From positions 1 through 37,983 of the forward strand of contig JAUWIL010000002.1 of NCBI GenBank assembly GCA_030605385.1: a stretch of 37,983 bases of DNA, read 5' to 3'. A program made the translations under genes and the position numbers. Below are positions 28,556 to 36,183 of this stretch, in pieces; position 1 is the first letter of the stretch, and each line of letters begins with the position of its first letter. This stretch comes from Methanobacteriota archaeon (GTDB taxonomy: Archaea; Halobacteriota; Syntropharchaeia; JAUWIL01). The notes under the pieces were generated by a model, which saw nothing but the letters and a program-made list of their open reading frames with translations, made no database searches and was not told where the DNA came from.

Positions 28556-29824
28556 TTACAAAGTCTCGCAGCCGTAGAACCATCTTGCCGTCTCCATCTG
28601 ACATAACTGCTTCCCCCCCATCCATAATTGAATCATCTTGACATCTCTCCAGTGTTTTTCAACATCCCAGTCTCTATCACATCCGTAGGTTCCCATCAAG
28701 CTCGCCGCATTGTTGGTGACCTCAATACATTTATCTGCTACGTGCATTTTTACTGCCCTTGATTTTGCCACTCCCTCATGCGACCACTTATCCCAATACA
28801 GCTCGGGGCGGTCAAGTGTTCTTGCGGATTGATAGGTTGCGATTCTGCAGATTTCTATGTCTTTGGCTATATCTGACAGAACGGCTGCAACTGCGGTATT
28901 CTCTTTTAAAGGTTTCCCGCGAAATATCTTGTTGGAGCAGTATTCTTTAAGTATTTCATAGGTGTTCATCATCGCACCCACGCAAAAAGCAGCGCTGGAC
29001 ATAGATCCCCAGTTAATCACTTCCCTGAAGTACTTTGCATCGTCTCCGGCCCCCCACGCTCTATACTTCTTGGGGACTCTAACGTTCTCGAACCATATGT
29101 CCGAGTTTTTGTCCGCAGCCATTCCTGCTTTCTTGTAGGGCTCGCCCTGTGTAACTCCCTCAGTATCTGCCGGGACAAAGATGAATGCAAAATCATCTTC
29201 ATCACTTGACCCCTGTTTTGTCGTGCATATCACTCCAAAAAGGTCAGCGACACCGCCTGTGTTCGTCGGCCAGAGCTTATGCCCGTTGATGACCCACTCA
29301 TCACCGTCAAGCTCGGCAGTGGTCGTGATTGTTTTACCGCCCATGTTACCCATATTTTCTATGTCTGATCCTCCTTGCGGCTCGGTCATGGCGTTGGCAG
29401 CAAAGCGCGGCTCATCGGCATCGCAGAACATAGGGGCAAATTCAGCACACAATTCTTCATTTATGTGGGGTTTCAAAGCAATCATTATGAGCGGCCAGAA
29501 CGTGACGGCAGAAGCAACGGCAATCCCGGTGTCAGCCCTTCCAACTTCCTCGAACACCCTGGCCATGAGGGTGCCGACATGGTCGGACTGCCCCAGCCCC
29601 CAGCCCCCCACCTCTTTCGGCCATACTGCTTTCTGGAGACCTATGTCGACATAAAGTTTTTTCATGGCGGGCTCGACCCAGTTGTGGTCTTTCCAGTCCT
29701 CATTAAACTTTCTTCTGTACGGAATGACGTCGTTCTCTGCCCACTCTCTTATCATCCCTCCTATGTATTTCTCGAGTGGAGACAGAAATTCTTTGGGGCG
29801 TGTGAAATCATCGATTGTTGTCAT
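28556..29824 (-). CDS. acyl-CoA dehydrogenase-fold protein (more canonical member of a pair)
   Basis: AMTEPQGGSD and NGHKLWPTNTGG contexts. The C-terminus RDVKMIQLWMGGK replaces the usual RDxxxxxIYEGT. ATG at 29824 after AGGTGG is preferred over GTG at 29836. Confidence 0.8.
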   Translation of the reverse strand: MTTIDDFTRPKEFLSPLEKYIGGMIREWAENDVIPYRRKFNEDWKDHNWVEPAMKKLYVDIGLQKAVWPKEVGGWGLGQSDHVGTLMARVFEEVGRADTGIAVASAVTFWPLIMIALKPHINEELCAEFAPMFCDADEPRFAANAMTEPQGGSDIENMGNMGGKTITTTAELDGDEWVINGHKLWPTNTGGVADLFGVICTTKQGSSDEDDFAFIFVPADTEGVTQGEPYKKAGMAADKNSDIWFENVRVPKKYRAWGAGDDAKYFREVINWGSMSSAAFCVGAMMNTYEILKEYCSNKIFRGKPLKENTAVAAVLSDIAKDIEICRIATYQSARTLDRPELYWDKWSHEGVAKSRAVKMHVADKCIEVTNNAASLMGTYGCDRDWDVEKHWRDVKMIQLWMGGKQLCQMETARWFYGCETL

Positions 29825-29836
29825 TTTATTTACCAC

Positions 29837-31084
29837 CTACAATGTTTTACAGTCATAATACCACCTGGCTATATCCATCATACCAGGCACTTTGCCGGTG
29901 CATACCTCTATTGTTTTAACATCTCTCCAGTGTTTTTCAACATCTCCCTCCGTTGCATAGCCTTGAGATGCCATTAGCTCCATCGCCTTTCCAATAGCAC
30001 TAACGGCAGAGCTGGTAACATGCAGTGCGACCGCTCTGGCAGTTGTAAACATCTTATCTGACCATGCTTCTCCATAAACGTCAGGTTTAGCGAGCATTCT
30101 GGCCACATTCCATGTCAGTATTCTTGATACTGCAACATGGTTGGCCACTTCTGCCAGAACAGCAGCATCAACACTATTCTCCTTCAGGGGTTTGCCGCTT
30201 ATTGTTCTGGTGTTGCCCCACTCCTTGACAATTTCATAAACATCCATCATCGACCCTATGCAAACAGCACTGGCGCATAAGCCGTGCCATGAAAGCACCT
30301 CTTTGAAACATTCAGCGCCGCCCCTTTGGAGTGCGGCATACTTTCTGGGGACTCTGACATTTTCAAACCACACATCTGCGTTTCTGTCTGACACAAGTCC
30401 GGTCTTCTTATAGGGCTCCTCCATCCTGATGCCTTCAGAATCGGCCGGGACGAGTACGTATACAATATCATCCCTCTCCAGCCCCTTTGCGGCACAAAAA
30501 ACACCGAACAGATTTGCTGCGCCACCTGATGACAGGGGACGCAGTTTCCGACCGCTGATAGTTACCGAATCACCATCGTTTTTAGCTGTGGCTTTGATAA
30601 CTCTCCCATATATGCTGCCGGCGTTTATACCATCAACATCACCATACTCTGGCAGTATAGGAGACCCGATGCGCACATCTTTGGTATTGCAGAACATCGG
30701 TGCAAGTTCAGTACACGCATCCTCGTTTATATTTGGCTCCATTGCGATTGGAGCAAGCAGACTGAAAGTTCCGGAGAATATAAAGCCAATTCCAGGGTCG
30801 GCTCTTCCAACCTCCTCGAGTGCCCTGACAATGGTGGTTGATACATATGGCGAATTAAGTCCGGCACCGCCGTATTTTTCCGGCCACATTAACTTCTGCA
30901 GACCGATATCTACGAATAGTTTTCTTATGGCTGGACCGATCAACTCATTATTATGGTCTTCATCGAACTCCTGTCTGTTTGGGATAACCTCTTTTTCAGC
31001 CCACTCTCTTATGCTGCTGGCAAGAATCTCATCATCTTCGCTCATCCACTCTTTTGGATAAGGAAACATATCTGTGGTTTCCAT
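29837..31084 (-). CDS. acyl-CoA dehydrogenase-fold protein (degenerate member of a pair)
   Basis: Collinear with the neighbouring paralog, but its motifs are degenerate (PILPEYGDVD, SGRKLRPLSSGG, RDVKTIEVCTGK). ATG at 31084 after AGGGG is preferred over TTG at 31093. Confidence 0.75.
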   Translation of the reverse strand: METTDMFPYPKEWMSEDDEILASSIREWAEKEVIPNRQEFDEDHNNELIGPAIRKLFVDIGLQKLMWPEKYGGAGLNSPYVSTTIVRALEEVGRADPGIGFIFSGTFSLLAPIAMEPNINEDACTELAPMFCNTKDVRIGSPILPEYGDVDGINAGSIYGRVIKATAKNDGDSVTISGRKLRPLSSGGAANLFGVFCAAKGLERDDIVYVLVPADSEGIRMEEPYKKTGLVSDRNADVWFENVRVPRKYAALQRGGAECFKEVLSWHGLCASAVCIGSMMDVYEIVKEWGNTRTISGKPLKENSVDAAVLAEVANHVAVSRILTWNVARMLAKPDVYGEAWSDKMFTTARAVALHVTSSAVSAIGKAMELMASQGYATEGDVEKHWRDVKTIEVCTGKVPGMMDIARWYYDCKTL

Positions 31085-31107
31085 TTTCGTCAACCCCTTT
31101 TTGATTT

Positions 31108-31188
31108 GTTTGTGAAATCGAAGATTTCACAACCGTATTGAAGCAGAGCTTCAATACATGTTTGAAAAACGCAGTTTTTCAAACATGC
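31108..31188. repeat. hairpin array, family 1, inverted orientation, 3 hairpins
   Basis: GTTTGTGAAATC-gaa-GATTTCACAACC, GTATTGAAGC-aga-GCTTCAATAC, GTTTGAAAAAC-gca-GTTTTTCAAAC, followed by ATGC. It starts about 24 nt upstream of the ACAD-like start codon at 31084. Confidence 0.9.
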
Positions 31189-31504
31189 ATCTCCAATGAT
31201 ATCTAATGTTTTGAGGGTGCTCAAGCCCCTATGATGCCATCCAGAAGGTCATATGACTTGCAGAAGTGGCGTCATTAATTTCAGGTATGTTTGGATTAAC
31301 ATTTTTATCTATTATAATCTTAACTGTTCTAATTGCCTGCCCATACAGAGTCATTCGAAAGGCTTGCATGCAGCGGATTTTGAGACCTAATGACGGCAGT
31401 AGCGCCATTAATCAATTGATTGTGCCGGATGCCGGAAAAGCGCTATTTGTAAAAATCCCGCGTTTAGCTGCACATTGTATTACCTATCAGGTTACCCACC
31501 AAGA

Positions 31505-32944
31505 CTATCGAGGATTATTTTCGTCTGTTTTTTCAAATATCTGCCTCGCCAGACTCGGCATATCAGGTCTGAGCATCTTATCCACGGCATCCAGCGAGTC
31601 CCCGTATATGTGCATGTTGGCACTCAGCAGGGTTACGCGAACCTTGTTGAATCCGGTGCATGATGCCACATACTCTGCCAGTCGTGCAAATCCGTACTGG
31701 TTGGCGTGCGTCGCACCATATGCATCGTTGCTGCGCATGAACAATGTGATGCCCAGAGTCTCTTTATCTATGGCCTGCATGACATATGCCCTGAGGCATG
31801 CAGGATCGGAACTTGTCAGATCCCAGGGCCGCGATATGTTGACGGCTGCGCGGCGCACCCATTTATTACTTTTCAGGAGTTGTATTGCATGATGAAGCTG
31901 GTCGACGGGTTGTCTGCCAAAGTGCATTTTATCGTTACGGTCCCACCGTGCCCGTGAGGCATATGTGTACACCTCATCCTCGGTTAGTGTTATATCTCCC
32001 TCTTTTGCAGGTTCGTCACCTATCTTCCCGATTATATATCTCATGGCATACTCTTCACCGTAGACTCTTGTGAACGGTGCCTGGTCATCCAGCATATTCT
32101 CTGTCGGGTTGCTTATGTCTACCATCAGGCGGTGCGCATACTTTGCCATACCCTGCTTGGCGAACACTTCACCCCACTGGGTTTTGTCGGTGAAGCCGCT
32201 ACTGTCTATGTACTCAAGTGTCTGGTGCCATCCGAACGGTATATTTTCCGACTCTATCAGTGCTGCGTGGGGTGTGGGCGGCGCAGGCTGAGTCTCATTT
32301 ATTTCCGCCACGTTTTTTTCATCACGTTTGTAGTAGTGGGCATTGGCAGCCATGATGGCAAGCGTTCCCTTATTCATATCCGTTTCGGTAATTATCCTCT
32401 GCTGAACTTCCGCGAGACCGATGAGGTTGATGTTGAGATAGTTGTAAACATCAAGGCTGCGGTAGAAACCTGTGACGTGCACCCCTGGCATTATTTCGCT
32501 CGGGCTGTCTTCAGGTTCTCCATCACCCTTGCTTATTGCCTGCACAAATATTTCCATCAGGGAAGGGGGCGTCTTGCTGAGTATGTCCCAGGGGCGGGCT
32601 ATGCTGTATGAGAAGCGCCTTGTATGGGGATATTTCTTTATCAGCTGGCTGCCCACTCTGGTCTGGTCTATGGGCTTGAGCATCCGGTCTTCGTAGCTCT
32701 CGGTTGTATGGTCGTCGTTGGTAATGACCCAGGCTTCATTTGGCATTTCATCATAGAGCGCAACCGGAGGTGCGTTATCAGGTATCATCGGTCCTGCATC
32801 TGGGTTGTTTACCACAAGCAAGAGGTTTGGTAAGAACATTGTATCACCCCTTTCCGAGGGTCGGTCAGTTCCGTATCTATATACCTCCCGATTTGCGAGG
32901 TTGTATGCGTGTGCTATATCCTTTGCGAACAGTAAAGCTGCCAT
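31505..32944 (-). CDS. tandem-fused thymidylate-synthase-like protein (two TS-fold halves, only the C-terminal half keeps the nucleophile Cys)
   Basis: C-half: VRRAAVNISRPWDLTSSDPACLRAYVMQ...LFMRSNDAYGATHANQYGFARLAEYVA...ANMHIYGDS. N-half: TRRFSYSIARPWDILSKTPPSLMEIFVQ...FYRSLDVYNYLNINLIGLAEV...ANAHYYKRD. These match the TS pattern RR..W.P, PC, RS.D, N and H.Y by eye. Confidence 0.6.
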   Translation of the reverse strand: MAALLFAKDIAHAYNLANREVYRYGTDRPSERGDTMFLPNLLLVVNNPDAGPMIPDNAPPVALYDEMPNEAWVITNDDHTTESYEDRMLKPIDQTRVGSQLIKKYPHTRRFSYSIARPWDILSKTPPSLMEIFVQAISKGDGEPEDSPSEIMPGVHVTGFYRSLDVYNYLNINLIGLAEVQQRIITETDMNKGTLAIMAANAHYYKRDEKNVAEINETQPAPPTPHAALIESENIPFGWHQTLEYIDSSGFTDKTQWGEVFAKQGMAKYAHRLMVDISNPTENMLDDQAPFTRVYGEEYAMRYIIGKIGDEPAKEGDITLTEDEVYTYASRARWDRNDKMHFGRQPVDQLHHAIQLLKSNKWVRRAAVNISRPWDLTSSDPACLRAYVMQAIDKETLGITLFMRSNDAYGATHANQYGFARLAEYVASCTGFNKVRVTLLSANMHIYGDSLDAVDKMLRPDMPSLARQIFEKTDENNPR

Positions 32945-32990
32945 GACTTTGCCGTATCCTGATTGGTAGATTGGTGTTATTTGTTGTATT

Positions 32991-33101
32991 CTTGCAAAAA
33001 CGAAGTTTCTGCTAAACAGCGTGGAGCAAAAGCTCTGCTTTTGTTTTACAGAATCGGAGATTCTGTAACCGTATGAAAAACCGTAGGTTTTTCAGACATG
33101 C
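32991..33101. repeat. composite hairpin array: family 2 part (32991-33046) plus family 1 part in inverted orientation (33047-33101)
   Basis: CTTGCAAAAAC-gaa-GTTTCTGC, GAGCAAAAGC-tct-GCTTTTGTT, TACAGAATC-gga-GATTCTGTA, ACCGTA linker, TGAAAAACC-gta-GGTTTTTCA, GACATGC. Confidence 0.85.
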
Positions 33102-33205
33102 AAAACAGACAAAAGTTATGTTTTCGTCAAGTATAAAAGGATGTTGACAGGACTTAAGCAGCACCAATTGGAAGCGCTCGGAAATTGAAGCTATTTATTG
33201 AAATT

Positions 33206-33231
33206 TTTGCCTGAATAATTTGCCTGAATAA
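33206..33231. repeat. perfect two-copy tandem duplication (13-nt unit)
   Basis: TTTGCCTGAATAA occurs at 33206-33218 and 33219-33231. Confidence 0.9.
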
Positions 33232-33248
33232 AATTCTGGGGAGTAGTA

Positions 33249-33292
33249 GTGGGAAAAGATATTTTATTGAGTGGGAAAAGATATTTTATTGA
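33249..33292. repeat. perfect two-copy tandem duplication (22-nt unit)
   Basis: GTGGGAAAAGATATTTTATTGA occurs at 33249-33270 and 33271-33292. Confidence 0.9.
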
Positions 33293-33447
33293 TGGAGGTA
33301 CAATTGAATCTATAAAAAAAGTCTCACCATCACCATCAGAACATTACTACCAGAAGTTGTTGTCGGAGAGTCTGCTGCAACGGAAGATTTCTGTGCACTC
33401 AGATGTGGTGGTTATGGAATCAGAAACCGAAAGGGGGTAATAACAAA

Positions 33448-34912
33448 ATGACACTAATAACAGGTGAAGAATATCGAGAAAGTTTAAGAAAAAGGAAGTC
33501 TCTCAAGATCCATCTGCACGGCGAAGAGATTAAAAATCCCGTGGACCATCCAATTATTAAAGCATCGATTAATTCAGTGGCCCTTACCTATGAATTGGCT
33601 GAAAACCCAGGATACCGGGATTTAATTACAACCACGTCATCGTTAAGCGGGAAAACAATCAATCGATTTTGCCATCTCCATCAAAGTACAGAGGATCTCC
33701 AGAACAAGGTCAGAATGCTTTAGATTATTGGGGCAGAACTGTGGAACCTGTTTCCAGCGCTGTGTGGGAATGGATGCGATTAACGCCGTTTTTTTAACCA
33801 CCTATGAAATTGATAAGAAATATGACACCAGCTATCACCAGCGTTTCACAGAATACGTTAAAATGGTGGAAGAAAAAGACTGGGTTATTGACGGTTGCAT
33901 GACTGACCCCAAAGGCGATCGGAGCAAGCATCCGCACCAGCAGAAGGATCCAGATGTTTTCTTCCACGTAGTGGAAAGAAAAGAAGACGGAGTGGTTGTT
34001 AGGGGTGCCAAAGCCCATCAGACAGGAGCAATCAACTCTCATGAGCACCTGATTATGCCCACTCTGGCAATGCGGAACGAGGAGAAGGGTTTTACCATTT
34101 GCTGTGCAATTCCGGTAGACGATGACGGAATTACATATTATTGCGGAAGGCAATCCTGTGATTTACGCCGGCTGGATCAGAGTGAAGAGGGAAATATCGA
34201 CTGCGGCAATCAATTTGGGGTACATGAATGTTTGGTAGTCTTTGATGATGTTTTTGTGCCAAACGAACAGATCTTCATGAATGGAGAAAGTGAGTTTTGC
34301 GGACGTCTGGTCGAATCCTTTGCAGCATACCATCGTCAGAGTTACGGTGGGTGTAAAGCTGGGGTTGGCGACGTCATGGTCGGAGCGGCTGCAGCGATTG
34401 CAGAATATAATGGAGTTCAAAATGCCTCACACATCAGGGATAAAATTACGGAAATGGCTCATTTGAATGAAACCATCTATGCTTGTGGTATGGCTTGCTC
34501 CGCGTGTGGGAAAAAAACGGAGGCAGGAAATTATCTCGTGGATATCCTATTGGCGAATGTGTGCAAACAGAATGTAACCAGATTTCCATTTGAAATCGCC
34601 CGACTTTTACAGGATATTGCAGGCGGGTTGTTCGTCACATGCCCAAGTGCAAGAGAACTAAGGAATCCCGAGACCAGAAAAATTATTGAGAAATATCTGG
34701 TCGGAGCAGAAGGGGTTGACACAATAAACCGAATAAAGATGATGCGTTTGATTGAAAACTCGGTCCTGGGTCGGGGAGCAGTCGGATATTTGGCGGAATC
34801 AATGCATGGTGCCGGCTCTCCCCAGGCTCAAAGAATTATGATCAATCGTTTAGCCAACCTGGAAGAGAAGAAAAAAATGGCTAAATCGTTGGCTCGAATC
34901 AAGGAGGAGTAA
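33448..34912 (+). pseudogene. abfD: 4-hydroxybutyryl-CoA dehydratase / vinylacetyl-CoA delta-isomerase, split by one +1 frameshift at 33718-33724
   Basis: ORFs 33403..33723 and 33728..34912 together are collinear with my recollection of Clostridium aminobutyricum AbfD (...HLHQSTEDLQNKVRML | RLLGQNCGTCFQRCVGMDAINAV...AAYHRQSYGGCKAGVGD...ESMHGAGSPQAQRIMI). The start ATG at 33448 follows AGGGGGT. Skipping T33721 restores one 487-codon frame. It could instead be an assembly error or a programmed shift. Confidence 0.75.
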
Positions 34913-35027
34913 ATCACGGTTTTAGAATTGCGGCTCTGATGACATGAAAACTCTCCCTCCATTGTACGTGTTTTCCATATATAGACAGGCTATTAAAATA
35001 AGAAACCTGTCGCAAAGTTTCATCGAA

Positions 35028-36179
35028 TCAAGGGTAAGTCATATCTTCCTCAGTGATGAGTTTAATTTCAACGTCGTCTAATAAAAATTCTGAATTATCA
35101 AGGGTTTCAAATGCAACTCCACCGGAAAGAATAGGGCTTTCAGTATCTTTGTATTTTATCAAAAGCTCGTCATCGATGTAAACATTTAGAATGTTATCAT
35201 ATCCTCTTATTTCAAAAGTGTGCCAGTTCTCGTCTAATTGGACATGTGTTCCACCGACCAGATTAATATGGGTAGTGGAATCTGTGCTTTTGCCTAAGCT
35301 CATGGAGTTATTATTAACCCCCACCATATAACGCGTAAAGGTACTGCCCTCGCTATTAAACCGATAGTTAAAATGCATAGCACCATTGATTATCTTGAAT
35401 CTAGCTTTGAATATGTAATTAGTCCAGCTCTTGCCCTCAAGCTTTGCCCAATTGTGTCCTGTCCCTCTTAGAACAATATTGCTATTTTCCATTGTTGTGT
35501 GCCAAGCTGTAGTTGTTTTTCCTTCTATATCATGAAACATCCAATTTTGAACGCCACTCTCAAAATCCTCAATGAAATAGTGTGTAACAACGTTCTCACA
35601 CTTCTGGGCGGTGTAGTTAAAGCTGTCTGCAGTAAGCCTGTTGTAGTCATCACAGTTTGGACAGTCTGCCGGACAACTGGAGTATGTTTCAGCACTCTCA
35701 TCACATATGCCATTACCGCAACAAGGGATGATAACTTCATTGACACATTTTTGTGCATGGTAATCATAGCTGTCTTTTGTGCATTCGTTACCATCATCAC
35801 AGTTCTGGCAATCTCTGGCACAATTTGAATAGGTCTCACCTGTTTCGCAAACACCATTGCCACAGCAAACAACATCAAGAATTGGCGTGTTAACGCATTT
35901 TTGCTCATGATAATCGTATTCATCAACAGTGCAACTGTTCTTATCATCACAGTTGGGGCAGTCAGCCGCACACCCTGTGTAGTTTTCACCAACCTCACAT
36001 ATTTCATTTCCGCAGCAGTTAGTGATAGAGGAGTACACACATTTGTTATCCGTACATTGTGCTGCAAAACAGGTTTTGGTCAGACAATCAGCGCTAGTCT
36101 CGCATTCTGTTTCGACACAGCCGCTTGCAAAAACTGCTAGCACTAAAACAGCCAGCAATACTCCAATGCTTCTCCTCAT
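35028..36179 (-). CDS. Cys-rich surface lipoprotein with C-terminal ConA/LamG-like (DUF1080-like) beta-sandwich domain
   Basis: The likely start is MRRSIGVLLAVLVLAVFASGC, with lipobox-like ASGC. There are 3 x ~45-aa units CCGNxxCExGExYxxCxxDCxNCDDxNxCTxDxYDYHxQKCxN (35598-36119). The tail WTNYIFKARFKI...WHTFEIRGYDNILNVYIDDELL...ILSGGVAFETL is lectin/jelly-roll-like. Confidence 0.7.
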   Translation of the reverse strand: MRRSIGVLLAVLVLAVFASGCVETECETSADCLTKTCFAAQCTDNKCVYSSITNCCGNEICEVGENYTGCAADCPNCDDKNSCTVDEYDYHEQKCVNTPILDVVCCGNGVCETGETYSNCARDCQNCDDGNECTKDSYDYHAQKCVNEVIIPCCGNGICDESAETYSSCPADCPNCDDYNRLTADSFNYTAQKCENVVTHYFIEDFESGVQNWMFHDIEGKTTTAWHTTMENSNIVLRGTGHNWAKLEGKSWTNYIFKARFKIINGAMHFNYRFNSEGSTFTRYMVGVNNNSMSLGKSTDSTTHINLVGGTHVQLDENWHTFEIRGYDNILNVYIDDELLIKYKDTESPILSGGVAFETLDNSEFLLDDVEIKLITEEDMTYP

Positions 36180-36183
36180 TTTT

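Noticed and set aside
29181-31061. Plus-strand ORFs antisense to the ACAD-like genes (29181..29654, 29375..29977, 29664..29858, 30429..31061)
   Set aside because: They are shadow ORFs with a Ser/Pro-rich composition. The minus-strand frames carry ACAD-fold motifs.
31266-32946. Plus-strand ORFs antisense to the TS-like gene (31266..31892, 31706..31957, 32132..32611 and others)
   Set aside because: They are fragmented, mutually overlapping and lack motifs. The minus-strand 479-aa frame is continuous and shows duplicated TS-like motifs.
33249-33440. 63-aa ORF upstream of abfD starting inside the 22-nt tandem duplication
   Set aside because: The GTG start is created by the repeat, there is no RBS and I recognise no motif. 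It may be a remnant or an upstream ORF, but I cannot support it as a gene.
33721-33723. In-frame TAG in abfD read as pyrrolysine
   Set aside because: Read-through in the same frame gives IIGAELWNLFPALCGNGCD followed by TAA, which is unrelated to AbfD. Homology resumes only in the +1 frame. TAG also serves as an ordinary stop for several genes here (GNAT, cutA, the wHTH ORF).
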